DNA from: Octopus vulgaris
Lineage: Eukaryota
Length of the DNA stretch: 64,000 bases
Assembly (NCBI GenBank): GCA_951406725.2
Contig: OX597839.1
Location: 4,278,001-4,342,000 of the forward strand
Reading direction: 5' to 3'
In this document: positions 14,631-31,162 of the stretch, one piece after another
Position numbering within the stretch: the stretch's first letter is position 1
How the letters are laid out: the number at the start of each line of letters is the position of its first letter
Notes under the pieces: generated by a model
Database searches by the model: none
What the model was told of the DNA's origin: nothing
The model's input: the letters and a program-made list of their open reading frames with translations, nothing else
Translations under genes and position numbers: made by a program

Positions 14631-15312
14631 TTAATAGGGTGGTCTCTCTTGTCTTGTGAGGCAACTCCTTCTCTTCAGCGCTAGCACAGTTTGTGCCGGC
14701 GGCACAATTGTATGCTATTTGCACATTTGATGACCTCTGATGATATGTCATCATACTGGTGCCTTGCCACTGGGAGGGGAGTAACCAGCTTTGCTTCAAT
14801 GGTTCTCAGTAGAGGAGACAAAAACGTTAGGTCCATTTTCTTGACAGGTCGGCCCCTCACACAGCACTAGAGCATCATGAAATGAAGGCTTTGCTCAAGA
14901 ACACACGACACCGTCTTGTCGGGAGATCAAACTTACGACCTGGCGATCGTGAGAGCGACGACCTGACCACTAGTGCGAGATATGAAATACTCTACGAGGC
15001 TGGATTCGAAACACGGAAGACACGAGACTCACACCAACGTCACTACTACCACCACCATTACCACTATCGTCATCACTACCACCTACCTAACCAGCACTGC
15101 TACTCCCACTACAACTACCACTGCTACAACCACCACTACCACCACCACTAGCATCACCACAACCACCACCTCCACCACCACCACCATAAAAAACAGTCTC
15201 TTTTTACATAACATTAAAATGCAAAGTATATACAAATTTCTCAGAAAGGCAAAGAAGAGATATACTCAAATATTTGATATGATGGATATGTTTGTTTGCT
15301 TACGTGTTTGCC

Positions 15313-15345
<33 letters not shown>

Positions 15346-16848
15346 GCGTGTGTGTGTGTGTGTTTATGCATGTATATCTGTGAATGTTTATATACATGTA
15401 TATATAGTTTTTTTTTGCTTGTTTTTGACGTCTTTTTTTTTCAGTTTACAGAAATGTTTCTATGTTAAATATTACTCAGCAATTCCTGTTTTTCTTTTTA
15501 AAAACGAAGACGTTGGTGGGAAGACATAGGTGACACCATGTGTAGTGGTTAAGAACAAGAATGGAAATAAAAAATTGAATCACACTTCTGTAAAAAAAGC
15601 ATATGTATGTATGAATATATTCATGCGTGCATGTCTGTGTGTATACATGCATGCTTGTATGTGGCATATATGTATGCTGCATGTATGTATATATGCATGT
15701 ACTTATGCATGTATGTTTGTGTATGTATGTGTATATATCTGGGTGGGACTCTCCCTATATATATATATATGTATTTGTGTGTATGTATGTAACTCTGTCT
15801 GTCTGTCTGATTTGTCTATAAATATATAAATATGTATACAAAACAAGATATAAATATATAAATATGTATGTATATAGAAACAAAACAAGATATAAAATAA
15901 TTTGAAAGAAAAGATACGACTCGGAAAAGTGTATTCCAACAGACAATCATGTATAGACGGAGTAGGAGGAGAAAGGTGAGAGAGAGAAAGAGACAAGGAA
16001 GAAGATAAGGAAGAAAAGAAGAAAAACAGAAGGAAAACAAAGCAACAGAGGAGATGCCGGAGATGGGGAAGAAAAAGGAACAGGAGGAGGAGTGGGAAGT
16101 GTAGAATAAGAATAAGAATAAGGGAAAGATGTGAAGGAATGAACAAGGGATTAGGCCCCTTCTCTCTCTTTCTCTATACGAAAAAAGAAAACAGACTGAA
16201 GCAGATGCGATGCATATAGCTTAAGGATGGAGTACGGTCTGTGCCTACATATTGAGACATGCACACATCTTTACGCACATTTTCACAGACAAGCATATAC
16301 ACACGTATACATGTACGCTCTGTTCCGTACGATCCGGCTTTAAAACAGCTGAGTCTAGGTGTTGTTTTTTACAGTGCAAAGTAGAAAATTTGACTCAGCA
16401 AAATTTGTAAAGTTCTGTGTTTTCTACAGCCTGTCTTGGAACGGTATGTGTGTTATTTCCATCTTTTATTTTTCAGTTTTTAGAGTCATTGGACTGCGGC
16501 CATACTGGAGCACCGACTTGAAAAGGATTTAGTTGAGCAAATAGATCCCAGTACTTATTTATTTCTTGAAGTCTGGTACTTTATGATAGTAAGTTTTTTT
16601 TTTGGGTAAATATTATTTGCCAACATAACATGGCAGTCCTGGTTTAGGACGAATGTTGCTGTAATTTAGCCCCAGGAGACGATCTGTGACCTTATATTTT
16701 CGAACCAGGGCACTTAGCACCCCCACTCAGCTCAAAACAATATCTGTATATCACGATTTCCGAGTATCAGGGACCTAAACAAACCAACGAATTGATGATG
16801 GGTGGGGTTGGGAGCAAACATAAAATACAAAGTGACACACACATATTA

Positions 16849-16921
<73 letters not shown>

Positions 16922-17004
16922 CCAAACATATGATGCTTGATGCAGTCAATATTTGAAAAAAGATTTTCTTAAAATGAAAATTCTTAATTATATGGAAGCA
17001 TATA

Positions 17005-17130
17005 AGGCGGCGAATTGGCAGAAATGCTGGGGGAAAACGCTTATCGGTATTTCGTTCGTCTTCATGTTCTGAGTTCTAATTCCACCGAGGTCGACTTTGT
17101 CTTTCATCCAGTCGGGCGTCGATAAAATAA
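17005..17130 (+). mobile_element. SINE A 5' fragment
   Basis: ggcggcgaattggcagaa...gagttctaattccaccgaggtcgactttg. Confidence 0.75.
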
Positions 17131-17394
17131 ATACATAAGCTCACAAATGCATACACAATATGCTTGAAAAGACAAAGAAAACACTTCTACACAGTACGAA
17201 CATTTCCTTTCAGAAATCTGATGCTTTGGAAATGATTCTTCAATATAATTAATGATTTTAAGTTTGGCACAAGGCCAGTAGAATCACATTTTTTAATATA
17301 AGTTTTCATATGTCTAATAAGTCCTCATTACCCACCAAATTTCATTTTTACCCTACTTGGGCTAATTTACCCCTGTTCGCGGATCCCTGTTCTA

Positions 17395-17680
17395 GCTGAC
17401 CCGATCAATGGAACAGTTTCCTTGTGAAATCCTCGTGCAAGTGGCTGAGTACTCCACAGACACGTGTACCCTTGACGTAGTTCTCAGGGAGATTCAGCGT
17501 GACACAGATTGCGACAAGGCTGGTCCCTTTGAAATACAGATGCTACTCACTTTTGTCAGCGGAGTGCACTAGAACAACGTGAAATAAAGTGTCTTGCTCA
17601 AGGACACTATGCGACGCCGCCGAGAAACGAACCCATGACTTTCCGATCGTGAGCTGAGTACCCTAACCACTGAGCCACGT
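17395..17680 (-). mobile_element. Diverged SINE B-related copy (tail type b)
   Basis: gtgcaagtggctgagtactccacagacacgtgtacccttgacgtagttctc matches 45848-45900. Confidence 0.75.
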
Positions 17681-18667
17681 ACTTTCACAGACTACATAAC
17701 TATAACACAATTACTACACTGCATTTGACTATACAATTATCAGACTGCCATGATACAATTAATGTAGACTATACAACACAACACGAACACAACTGCAACA
17801 CAGTTGCTACAGAACACAACAGAACTACAACGCAACTGCTACAGTAAGCTATACAACACAGCTATAGCACATGTTCAGTACAACTGCAATACAACGAATA
17901 CATACACAAGATAGTGCAATGCAACTACTAAACCATTGTAGACTATACAACGCTACATTACATATCTTCACAAATTCAAATTGCCGTATACTATACAACA
18001 CGACTGCAACACAACTACTTCAACACGAGACTACACTAAACATCACAACTACTACAGGAGACTAAACAACACATCATAACTACAGTACAACTAATCTACA
18101 CAAGACAACTTCAACACAGCTATAACGTTACATTAGGCTACGCAGCTGTTTCACAAGAAAACTATACAAACGCGACATAGCTACAACGCAACACAACTGC
18201 AACACAGCTACAGCACCGCTCTCGGCTATACAACTATAATACAACGACTACATAACATAGCACGACACAACAATGGATTTATTCTACACCACACAACATC
18301 ACAAGAACGAACGAAGCTAAATATATTACGTAAGATATTGTTTATTTATTTAGTTATTTAAAGACGCCATCTTAGAACGTTTCAACGTTTCTATGAATGT
18401 CAACGCCTTCGTGGAGCAACGCCGCCACCGATTCGGCCGCCCCTACCTTTCAGTGTTCTTAATAAAGACAAAATAAAATACCTCCACTACTCTCAATGAA
18501 ACATGCGTGTTACCTCATGGTGCATAAAAGGAATGGAGAGTGCATAATCTGCATTTTACAAATTTTCAAAAGTGCAATTGCAGCAGATCAATGGGGGAAA
18601 AGTTGCTCCACGTTTAATGTTAAGATATGTGGAGAGTTACGTAACGCTATTGATTCAATCAATCAAT

Positions 18668-19560
<893 letters not shown>

Positions 19561-19854
19561 GCGCACACAGAAGCAAATACCTATATATGTAGGCCTGTAT
19601 GCGAATGTGTATGTGAGGCGGGTATGAACGCGGGTAGAATAGGGTAGAATGCATTCGGTGATATGCAGAGAGATTGTTAGAAAGTGAGTTAGACACACAG
19701 GTAAATTAACAAACGAAGGAAGGAATGGAACGAACGATGCAGATTGGTCGTCGGCAGAGAAAGTCGATGCCTCTCCTCCGCTTCGCCTTCTTCCAATATC
19801 GGCACGAAATTAAAGATTTTGGATTTTACTCCCCTCCTCCATCAACACACCCCC

Positions 19855-20255
19855 ATCGACAACCACCATCACCACCATCACCATCACCACCACCACCACC
19901 ACCACTAACAACAACAACAACAACAATGTCACCACCACCACCACCACAAACCGCCATCACCACCACCATAACCACCACTACCATCACCACCACCACCATC
20001 ATCACCACCACCATAAACACCACTACAATCACCACCACCATCACCACCACCACCACAAACCGCCATCACCACCACCATCATTACCACCACGACCATCACC
20101 ACGACCATCACCATCACCACGACCACCATCACCACCATCACCGCCACCACCACCACCACCACCACCACCATCACCATCACCACCACCACAAACCGCCATC
20201 ACCACCATCACCACCATCACCGCCACCACCACCACCACCACCACCACCACCACTG
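19855..20255. repeat. (CAC/CAT)n trinucleotide domain
   Basis: Direct reading. Confidence 0.9.
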
Positions 20256-20498
20256 CTATCGAGTCCGCTACAAGCAGCGCCACCTTACACTGCTAGCTAT
20301 GCCAGCACGAGGAGAACTCTTACCGCAACAATCAAAGAGAAGGCCGGAGAGGAATTTAAAACTAAACCGATGTGATTGTGTACAAGGAATGCGGTAGATG
20401 AATAGGCTTTGGCAGAGCCTTTATTTGCTGATGTATATTGATGCGACAGTTGGTGATTATGTATATGCGTGCGTATACACACGCATACATATATGTAT

Positions 20499-20564
<66 letters not shown>

Positions 20565-20586
20565 GCACACATATATATATACACAC

Positions 20587-20677
<91 letters not shown>

Positions 20678-20915
20678 TATGTAAATGCATTTACGTTTGT
20701 GTGCATATGTGCATATGTTTCTGTGTGGACGTGCGTGTGTTTAATATGTATACATACATGCACACACACACACATGTATATTCATTTCTGTCTGTCTCTT
20801 TATGTATATATATGTGCATATACGTATACATTAAAGTTAATATTTATTGGGCAACACATATACACAAGTATATATATATAGAGATTTAAGTTACAATTAT
20901 TAAGTATAGTGTATA

Positions 20916-20978
<63 letters not shown>

Positions 20979-21094
20979 GTGTGTATTCATATATGTACAT
21001 ATATCCACATATAAGTTACAATTAATATTAATTTTGTATATGCACATGTACATATATACGTATATATATATGTATATATATGCATATATATATG

Positions 21095-21161
<67 letters not shown>

Positions 21162-21181
21162 GTAAACATATAAATAAATCA

Positions 21182-21232
<51 letters not shown>

Positions 21233-21291
21233 TACACACATAATTTTGTTATTCGAATTTTCTCATATATATTATATATGTGATCACTTAC

Positions 21292-21653
21292 AGAAATGCA
21301 GTTGATAAAGCATTAATTAAGCGGATTTTCCTCACTCAAGTTCGATGGAATGTGTTACATGAGAAAGAAGCGTGTCTCCGGTGGTAAACGGATACGATTC
21401 TGTTCAGTCATGTATTAATAATGTGTAACTATTCCTTGACGCTTGTTGCTCCTATAGCTGTTTGTGTTGATGAAGAGGAATATTTTTAAAGCGTCTAATC
21501 TAATCACAAGAAACCTCTTCCGATGACGACAGCTGGACAAAATCTCCTAACTTCAAGTTAAGTGATATCTCTGCATCTTTTTAATTTGTAGAAATATTTC
21601 GCAGTGCTATCGACAATGCTCCACTCTATTTGACGGCATTCAGATCTTTGGTT
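21292..21653 (-). other. Candidate exon (probably non-coding or 5' UTR)
   Basis: Unique sequence bounded on the minus strand by a long pyrimidine tract ending ttctttag and by a gtaagt donor; all three frames contain stops. Confidence 0.3.
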
Positions 21654-22934
21654 CTAAAGAAGGAGAAAGAGAAAGAGAAAGAGAGAGAGATGGGGAGACG
21701 GTGAGAGGGAGAGAGGCACGGGGAGACAGTGAGGCAGTGAAAGAGAGAAAGAAAGAGAGAGAGAAACGGAGAGTGAGAAACGGAGAGTGAGAGAGAGAAT
21801 GAGTGTGAGTGAGATGCTTAGATTTCCCTGTTCTCTGACCTAAATCAGTGGTGCTGCTCTTAGTAACGCTCCTTGAAAGTGTTTGTCGTTAATTTCCTGT
21901 AATTCATTGCAATAGACTCCAAGTTTTTATAGATGACCGATATGTAATTATGTTAGAGAGGCGGAAGGCTCAGTGAGGAGATTGGGAAATTTTTACAATT
22001 ACAAATAGCTACTAGTGCTAGAAAGGTATGAGGGGGCGTTTTCGATCGTAGTATGTGTTCTAGAAAGAAATGTCCAGGGTTTAAAGTTACCGGTTGAAAA
22101 GACTATATAATGTTGGTGGGAAATGTTATTTTCCTAGAGCAAGCGACTGCCTGCTTATAGTTGTAGTAACGTTTAAGTTACATGGTGGATTAAACTACAC
22201 TACTTTTCCATATCTAGGTCTATTGAAGCCGTTTCTAGCTAACGTGTCATTATTATAAAGGATAGTCATGTTAAAGATGTCACTGTCATAAGAAGGAAAG
22301 AGACTCCTTTGCTTATTCCGCCAATAAGATGTCTAATTATGGCCGTGTCTGGTTTAGGTTATTTACGAATCTATATAGAAACCATGTTTGGATTTCTGTA
22401 AAGATAATGTTTGTCTATATTTAAATCCACTGTTATGTCTATGATGTTTGCTATCGCTGGTTATTTTCAACTAAGCTCCTTCAATCTTCCTAGAGGCTAT
22501 TTATGCAGAATGACATTGTTAAGCCATCATCCCTGTGCAATCCGAATTAGCGGTTAGAGTGCACTTGTTGATGCTATCAAAGATAAACAATCCCTCGATC
22601 TTACGAAACTCAGCTCCATCAGATACGTCAAAAACGAAAATGATCATCTTCATTTTTGAAGACGCTCTCGGCATCGGGGGTTGACCTGCTTTCTCTTCTG
22701 CGGGACTTACGAATAGTAAAGGACCTCGTTTCGGACCGCTCGGACCGGACCGCTCAACAGCAACAGCAACAGCACCTACAATACAAAATTCTTACTGTCA
22801 TCACCACCACACCCGCTACTCCCCACACCGGGATTATCGCCAGCTGTCTTAAAAAATTAAGTTCACATTTGGAAATTTACTCCTGTTTATGCGAGATGGT
22901 CACTTCTGGATCAAGACTGTCTTGCGATAAAAAA

Positions 22935-24655
22935 CGATGTCACCACCGCCACTGCCACCACCGCTGCTACCACCGCCACCACTACTTAATCCACCACTAT
23001 AACCCCTGCCATCACCCCTCCCCCCACCACCAACGTCTCCACCCCATCACCGCCACCACCACCAGCATCATCACCAAAACCACCAACGTAAACACACACA
23101 TATATATTATTACCATGATGGTTACTGTCACCATTTCCACTATAAAAAGCACCATCATCACCACCATTACAATCACAACTACCAGTACCACCATCACCGC
23201 CGCCGTCGCCATCATCACCCGCTGCCGTAGGACCAACCACCACAATCACTACCGTAGCCTTCAACACCACCACCACTGTAACCATCACCTCCACCAGCAG
23301 CAGCAGCAGCAGCATCACCACCACCACCACCACCACCACCACCACCACCACCACCACCACCACCACCACCACACCACCACCACCATCACCATCACCACCT
23401 CCACCTCCACCAGCAGCAGCATCACCACCACCACCACCACCACCACCACCACCACTGCCGCATCACCACCACCACCACACCACCACCACCACCACCACCA
23501 CCACCACCAACACCAACGCCACCACCACCACCACCACTGCCATCACCACCACCACCACCACTGCCACCACCACCACCTCCACCTCCACCATTACGAGGAC
23601 GATCACCACCACGAACACTAACACCACCATCATTAGCAAGACACCTGCACCACCAGCACCACCATCATGACTCTTACTACAACCAGCAATATCACAATCA
23701 CTACCACTGCCACCCCAAACGCTACAATGATCAACAGCACTACCAGTTCTACTACCGCCAGAACCGTAACTTACCCTCACACTGTCACCATCATCACCAT
23801 CACTATCATCATGACAAACATCTTCACCATCACTACAACCTCTACCACCATTGGCAACAACACCATCTCCACGACGACGACCTCACAACCACCACCACAA
23901 CCACTACCACCACCACCACCACCACCACCAACACCACTACCACCGCCACCACCGCCACTACCATCACCACCAATGGTACCGCCATCCCATGCTGAGGAAT
24001 AACTTCAACTAGAACCACCACCACCACCACCACCACCACCACCACCACCACCACCACCACCACAACCACCACCACCACCACCACCACCACCACTACCACT
24101 AGAACCACCACCACCACCACCACCACCACCACCACAACCACTACCACCACAACCACCACCACCACCGCCACCGCCACTACCATCACCACCAATGTTACCG
24201 CCATCTCATGCTGAGGAATAACCTCAACTACGACCACTACCACCACCACCACCACCACCACCACCACCCACCACCAACCACCACCACCACCACCACCATC
24301 ATTACCATTACCATTTCTGCCATCACAATTATCCCTACCACTAACGCAACTACAACCGTCATCACCACCAACCAGCACTACCACCACCACCACCATCACC
24401 ATCACCACCACAACCTAGCACAACTACCACCAACACCACCACCACCATCATCACAACCACTACTGCCACCACAACTATCGAGAGCTACTCCCGCCGCCGC
24501 TACCACCACCACTACTACCGTTACTACAACTCTATTAAACATTACCACCACTAACGCCACAACCATCACCACCACCACCACCACCACTACTACTACTACT
24601 ACCACCTCAACCACACCCACTTCCACCACGACCACCACCACCACTATCACCACAA
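22935..24655. repeat. (CAC)n-rich domain with a duplicated ccgccatc.catgctgaggaataac block
   Basis: Direct reading; block at ~23979 and ~24198. Confidence 0.9.
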
Positions 24656-25006
24656 TAGTATCAAAAACTGTTTCAAATCTCGAACATTCCAGTGCATGTC
24701 AATGTGACCTCCCCACCTCTCTCTATCGCATTTACTCTCTCTCTCGTTCTCGCTCTCTACCTATCGCTTGCTCTCTCACTGCTTTACTCTCACTCACTCT
24801 CTCTCTCTCTCTCTCTCTCTGTTTACTTCTGTTCCCCCCTTCCTCCTTTTCTCTCTCTCTCTCTCTCTTCTCTCTCTTGCTGATTGTCTCCGACTCTTTT
24901 CACTCATTCTCTCAAATGACTCTCTCTCTCTCTTATCACTTCACAAACTCGTTCACATATACATCCGTATTTATATACAGACACACACGTGCATCACACA
25001 CACACA

Positions 25007-25049
<43 letters not shown>

Positions 25050-25147
25050 GCATACATACATTTATGTGTGTGTATATATATATAAATATATATACATGTA
25101 TATATACATATATATATTTATCATGTATGTATGAATCTATCTATCTA

Positions 25148-25227
<80 letters not shown>

Positions 25228-25276
25228 TATATATATATATACATATACATATATATATATATATGTATATATGTAT

Positions 25277-25371
<95 letters not shown>

Positions 25372-25430
25372 TACATACAGCACTATCCATCTCTGTTTAC
25401 TAAGCTTTTTCCTCCTCTTTCTCTCTCTCC

Positions 25431-25478
<48 letters not shown>

Positions 25479-25554
25479 ATGAATGAATCAATCTATCTAT
25501 AAATCAATTGATCAATCTATCTATCTACACTTTTTGTTTCCGTTTCACCACCCC

Positions 25555-25637
25555 ACATACACATACATACATACATACATAAATACACATACATACATAC
25601 ATACATGCATGCATACATACGTACATACATACATACA

Positions 25638-25669
<32 letters not shown>

Positions 25670-25835
25670 CATACATACATACATACATACATACATACAT
25701 ACATACATACATACATACATACATACATACATGCATGCATACATACGTACATACATACATACATCATACATACATATATACATACATACATACATACATA
25801 TATACATACATACATACATACATACATACATACAT

Positions 25836-25866
<31 letters not shown>

Positions 25867-25965
25867 TACATACATACATACAAATATGCATACATACACA
25901 CATACATACACACATACATACATACATACATACATACATACATACATACATACATACATACATAC
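25555..25965. repeat. (TACA)n microsatellite
   Basis: Direct reading. Confidence 0.95.
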
Positions 25966-26287
25966 GTACATATATACATATGTACCTACATGCGCGCACA
26001 CACACACAGACATATATAAGTATACATATATATGAGTATATCTAAATATATATACGTATACATACTTGTGTATATACATATACACACACATATATATATG
26101 TCTATATATGAGTATATACATACCCATGCATAAACACACACATCCATACTTACACATGTTCTCTTTGTCTCTCCACCCGGTTTCTCTCTCTTTTCATATC
26201 TCTCTCTCTTTTCATCTCCCTCTCTCTCTCTTATCATCTCTCTCTCTTTTTTCATCTCTCTCTCTTTTTATCTCTCTCTCCCTTTTC

Positions 26288-26323
<36 letters not shown>

Positions 26324-26402
26324 CTCTCTCTCTCTCTATTCATCTCTCTCTCTCTCTTTTCATCTCTCTCTCTCTTCATCTCCCTCTCTCTCTCTCTTTT
26401 CA

Positions 26403-26455
<53 letters not shown>

Positions 26456-26837
26456 CCATTGATCGGTTTTCCGTTATCTCAGTATTTGTTTGTCTGCCAC
26501 GCTAAAGACTGCGTCCTCCTCTCCATCTTCATCTCTCTATCTTTCTCTCTCTCTCTTTCCCACCCTCTCACTCTATCTGGCAATCTGTCTTTTCCTGACT
26601 TCCTCTCCACCTCTTTCTTCCCATCTCTCCCCTGCCCACCTTCGTTATACTTTCGTCTCTCTTTCTCTCTCTCCTTCTCTCCCTCACTCTCACTCTCAAT
26701 TTGTTAGTATTTCTTTGTCACTCTCTGTCTCTCTCTGTGTCTCTTTATGCGTTTCTCTTTTTCCAGTCTCAATTTGGCTCACACACTTTCCCTCGCAGAA
26801 TGCACCCTCCGCACTTTTTCTCTCACTCTCCACACAT

Positions 26838-26908
<71 letters not shown>

Positions 26909-27130
26909 AACACACACACAATCAAAAGAAATCAAGAATTAATTTTAAAGCAGGTACCCGGTACACCGCTCGAAACACTGGATTTGGAACTATATACCAT
27001 AATATATATGTACTAAATGAATAAAAAGAAAATTAATATGTATACATACTTACCTGACATATATACATACATATATACATATACATACATACATACATAC
27101 ATACATACATACATACATACATACATACTT

Positions 27131-27200
<70 letters not shown>

Positions 27201-27375
27201 GTTTAAATATTTGTTTTGCAAGATTTTTGATGTGAAATCGTGTGTTGAAACAGATATTGTTGTATCTAGGAATGGTCATTTTGCCAGTTTAGCCAATAAA
27301 AACACACGCACTATATATTTGGTGTTAATTTGCTTCAGCGTTATTCATTTTTTACATTAATCTTAATCTTATTTC

Positions 27376-27420
27376 GGCCAGAGTTCTTTCGTCACACTCC
27401 TGTGACCTCATCAGTGGTCC
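27376..27420 (-). ncRNA. Type-I hammerhead ribozyme motif with canonical core, in an element spanning ~27200-27665
   Basis: Minus: ggacca-CTGATGA-g-gtcac(aggagt)gtgac-GAAA-g(aa)c-TC-tggcc. Confidence 0.75.
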
Positions 27421-27689
27421 TTTGCTTTCTTCTTTCTTATTTGTGTGTCTCTCCTTACTAACGGTCAGCCATTTTGTATTTTATTCCTTTCCTATTGTAT
27501 GTGTATTCATTTGCGCATGCGTATACCTCTATGTGTGTCTATGTTTAGTTAGTGTGTGTGTGGGGGAAAAGTCCTGTAATATTTATATCTCCTGTTTATA
27601 TACGTTCGTGTAATTTGTTTTTGTTTATTCATTTTATTTTAATTTTGTTCATGTATTTACACATACCTATTATTATTATTATTATTATT

Positions 27690-28245
27690 GAGTGAGAGAG
27701 CAGTGCATGCCATCAAAGTGACACTGGGGTAAAATATACGAAGCCCAATATACCCATCATGACTACCCGTCTGATAAAGGTACACCAGGCACATGCATCA
27801 CAACCATATGTGCGCGACATGGTGATCTCATATCAAGATAAACAGCACATGACCTTGCAGGTGGGGCCCAGTTAGAATTTTCTTCAGGTTGAGTAGCCCA
27901 TCCCGCTCAAAAGGTCTCTGAATAAGGGTTGTTTAAGGATGTTGAAAGAGCCACCCATGTTTCCAGAGGTGAATTATTCAAACCCCAAAGAATCCCTCTC
28001 AACACATGGCTATGATGCTCCCCCACTACTTCTGCTCGTGATCAGAGATGCACATATCGTCAGCCACTAAGGGACATGCTCAACTGGTTAAGGTCAAACA
28101 ACTGACAAGCAAATCTGTGGTATTGAGCAGAATATTTGCTGTAGCCCATCTTTTATACCAAGACAAAACAATGTACATGATAACACTTCCAATCAGTTAA
28201 GATCAGAAGCCATGAGAACCTCTGCCTGGTACTGCATCAAGGCAT
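27690..28245 (-). mobile_element. Element D, ~555-bp non-coding retroposon-like element inside (TAA)n
   Basis: Near-identical to 60706-61262 and 63056-63612; (att)n on both sides. Confidence 0.9.
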
Positions 28246-28246
28246 T

Positions 28247-28315
<69 letters not shown>

Positions 28316-28614
28316 GATGCGGTCACAAGAGTGACACACACACACACATGCATTTCAAACGCACGCATACATCAATGTACAAAAACCCATAAACGCTTAT
28401 TCGCATAGACACACAAACACGCACACATAACATACCTTACGTTCCTATTCAAAATTTTTTTAGCCCAATATTTACATGCTATTATTTATAGCTTTGTTTG
28501 CTTCGAGCTTCACTGTACCAGAAAAGAATTATTTCATATTCTCTCGAAGATTCTTATGACGTTAAGAGCACACACACGCACACACATACATATATATGTA
28601 TGCATGTATGTATG

Positions 28615-28663
<49 letters not shown>

Positions 28664-28693
28664 GCGTGTGTGTATATATATATGTATATATAC

Positions 28694-28737
<44 letters not shown>

Positions 28738-29729
28738 ACATATTCATATACTCATACTCACACCTGATCATACGGCGTATGTCGTGCTTCCGAAAATTGG
28801 TTAATTTGTTAAAAGCGCAACCCGAGCTGACATCAGCCGGGCTAAGTGAGAGAAATTTTAAAATTTACTAAAATTATATACACTCGCAAGAACAAAGCCA
28901 TAAACCGCAAGTTGACGATATTTTGCTGGAACTTTAGAGAATTTAAATCGACCAATTTCAAAGACAGAATTAACACCGCAGATTTTATTAAATAGAAGCA
29001 GTTTTGGCAGTACTCAGAGTTGTTAATGCAATTATGTTTGATAATATATCTGGCATGCATCTATAATGTCGATATTTGCTTGAGCACAAAATAAATTTGG
29101 TTTAGAGTTAATAATTTAATATGTAGTTTGCATAATTGTGTTATGAATATGCTTGCTTAACAAAAGGCATGTGATAATGACACGTTGAAGACGTAGGAAC
29201 ACATTCGTTTTAAAAGCTGTTCTAAAGTGCAAACGTTCGTCGGCGCTACAACAGCAGAAATAAGAGTTGACATACGACAAAACCAACATCAACGAGACAG
29301 TAGTAATAAGAAATAACCAAAGATTTAATCTGTAGTAAAGAAAAGGCGATCTAGTAATATCAGATATAGAATATGCACATCTCTTCCAGGATATATGATA
29401 AATGTTTTTAGTGACATCAAAAACACTGACAACTTTCTCTCACTCTTTCCTCCTGCATCTTGCAGCTCACCTGCGGCTGACTGGGAAACCGGCCTTTATG
29501 AGCCAGGCACGGCCCGAGAAGGAACAAACAAAGACTAAGTTAATATTTTTAATTAGGGATGTCCAAAGTAAGCCTGTCCTGTTAGGGTTCTTGCTTCTAT
29601 GATTGAAGAGGCCGTTGCATGATATAAATTAGACAGGGTGGTAATTATAGTAAAACAGGATATGATCACGCGTTCGAAATGTAGTAACTGTAAAACGACT
29701 GAATTAGCAAGCGCGGTTTAAAGATATCT

Positions 29730-30130
29730 CTTTACTCTTTTACTGTTTTACTTGTTTCAGTCATTTGACTGTGAACATGCTGGAGCACCGCCTTTAGTTG
29801 AGCAAATCGACCCCAGGACTTATTCTTTGTAAGCCAAGTACTTATTCCATTGGTCTGTTTTGCCGAACCGCCATGTTACACCAGCATCAGTTATCAAGTG
29901 ATGTTGGGGGGACAAACACAGACACACAAACGTACACACACACACACACACACACATACATATATACGACAGGTTTCTTCCTGTTTCCGTCTACCAAATC
30001 CACTCACAAGGCTTTGTTCGGCCCGAAGCTATAGTAGAAGACACTTGCCCAAGGCGCCACGCAGTGGGACTGAACCCGGTCCCATGTGGTTGGTAAGCAA
30101 GCTCCTTACCACACAGCCACTCCTACGCCT
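29730..30130 (-). mobile_element. SINE family C, full length
   Basis: Reverse complement of aggcgtaggagtggctgtgtggtaag...ggttcagtccc...ccttgggcaagtgtctt...cagtcaaatgactgaaac. Confidence 0.9.
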
Positions 30131-30349
30131 ATATTTATAAAATTTTGACTAAAGAGTATATGACGACATATTGAACAGATAAAAATAGTTCGCCCACTGA
30201 GTTGGCCAATGAAATGTGATAAACATATAAGTTGAGCAAAGAAGGATATGATTAAAAATCTAACAATCGGATACAAGAAATAACATGCATTAACCAATGA
30301 AACGTGATATAAAGAAAAATAATGATCGCTAAACATATGATAATGAAAT

Positions 30350-30518
30350 CTATTTCTTTACTATCCACAAGGCGCTAAACACAGAGAGGACAAACAAGGA
30401 CAAACAAACGGATTAAGTCGATTATATCGACCCCAGTGAATAACTGGTACTTATTTAATCGACCCCGAAAGGATGAACTCAGAACCAGAACGTAGCGGCA
30501 AACGAAATACCACAAAGC

Positions 30519-30520
<2 letters not shown>
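30350..30520 (-). mobile_element. SINE A, internally deleted
   Basis: tatttctttactatccacaagg...gaccccgaaaggatgaa. Confidence 0.8.
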
Positions 30521-30573
<53 letters not shown>

Positions 30574-30886
30574 TATATACACACACACATATATATTTAT
30601 AATATATATATATATGCACACACACACACACATACACATACATACAGACACAATCATACACACATATACATATATTTATATATGTACATGGATATTTATC
30701 CGTCCATTCATGTGTGAGTGTGTGTGTGTGAGAGAGTATTTGTTCGTTACAATGCGCCTTTTTGTTAGTTTCTCTATATCTCTGTTCATCTGTCTCTCTC
30801 CCTCTCTTTCTATCTATCTATCTAAGACCCCACACCAATCCATCAGTACTTCCACCCACTAACAAATCCATTTATATCTGTCCTTA

Positions 30887-31012
<126 letters not shown>

Positions 31013-31129
31013 ATATTAAGAAACTTACGTTAACGTGCGCTAAGGGACCGCGTTTCATTTTTGGACAGCAGATTTAGAAGACAATACCATTGTTGGTAGG
31101 TTAAGTACGACATCAATAACTGCAAAGCT

Positions 31130-31162
<33 letters not shown>

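Noticed and set aside
17690-18290. ACAACT-rich stretch as a coding or structured repeat
   Set aside because: Degenerate low-complexity sequence with no stable period or ORF.
22722-22760. Hammerhead-like ctgttga...gaaacgaggtc on the minus strand
   Set aside because: Stems I and II do not pair and the core is non-canonical.
28315-28336. tgatgc-g-gtcac(aaga)gtgac resembling the 27376 hammerhead stem II
   Set aside because: No intact CUGANGA and no GAAA; too short to support.
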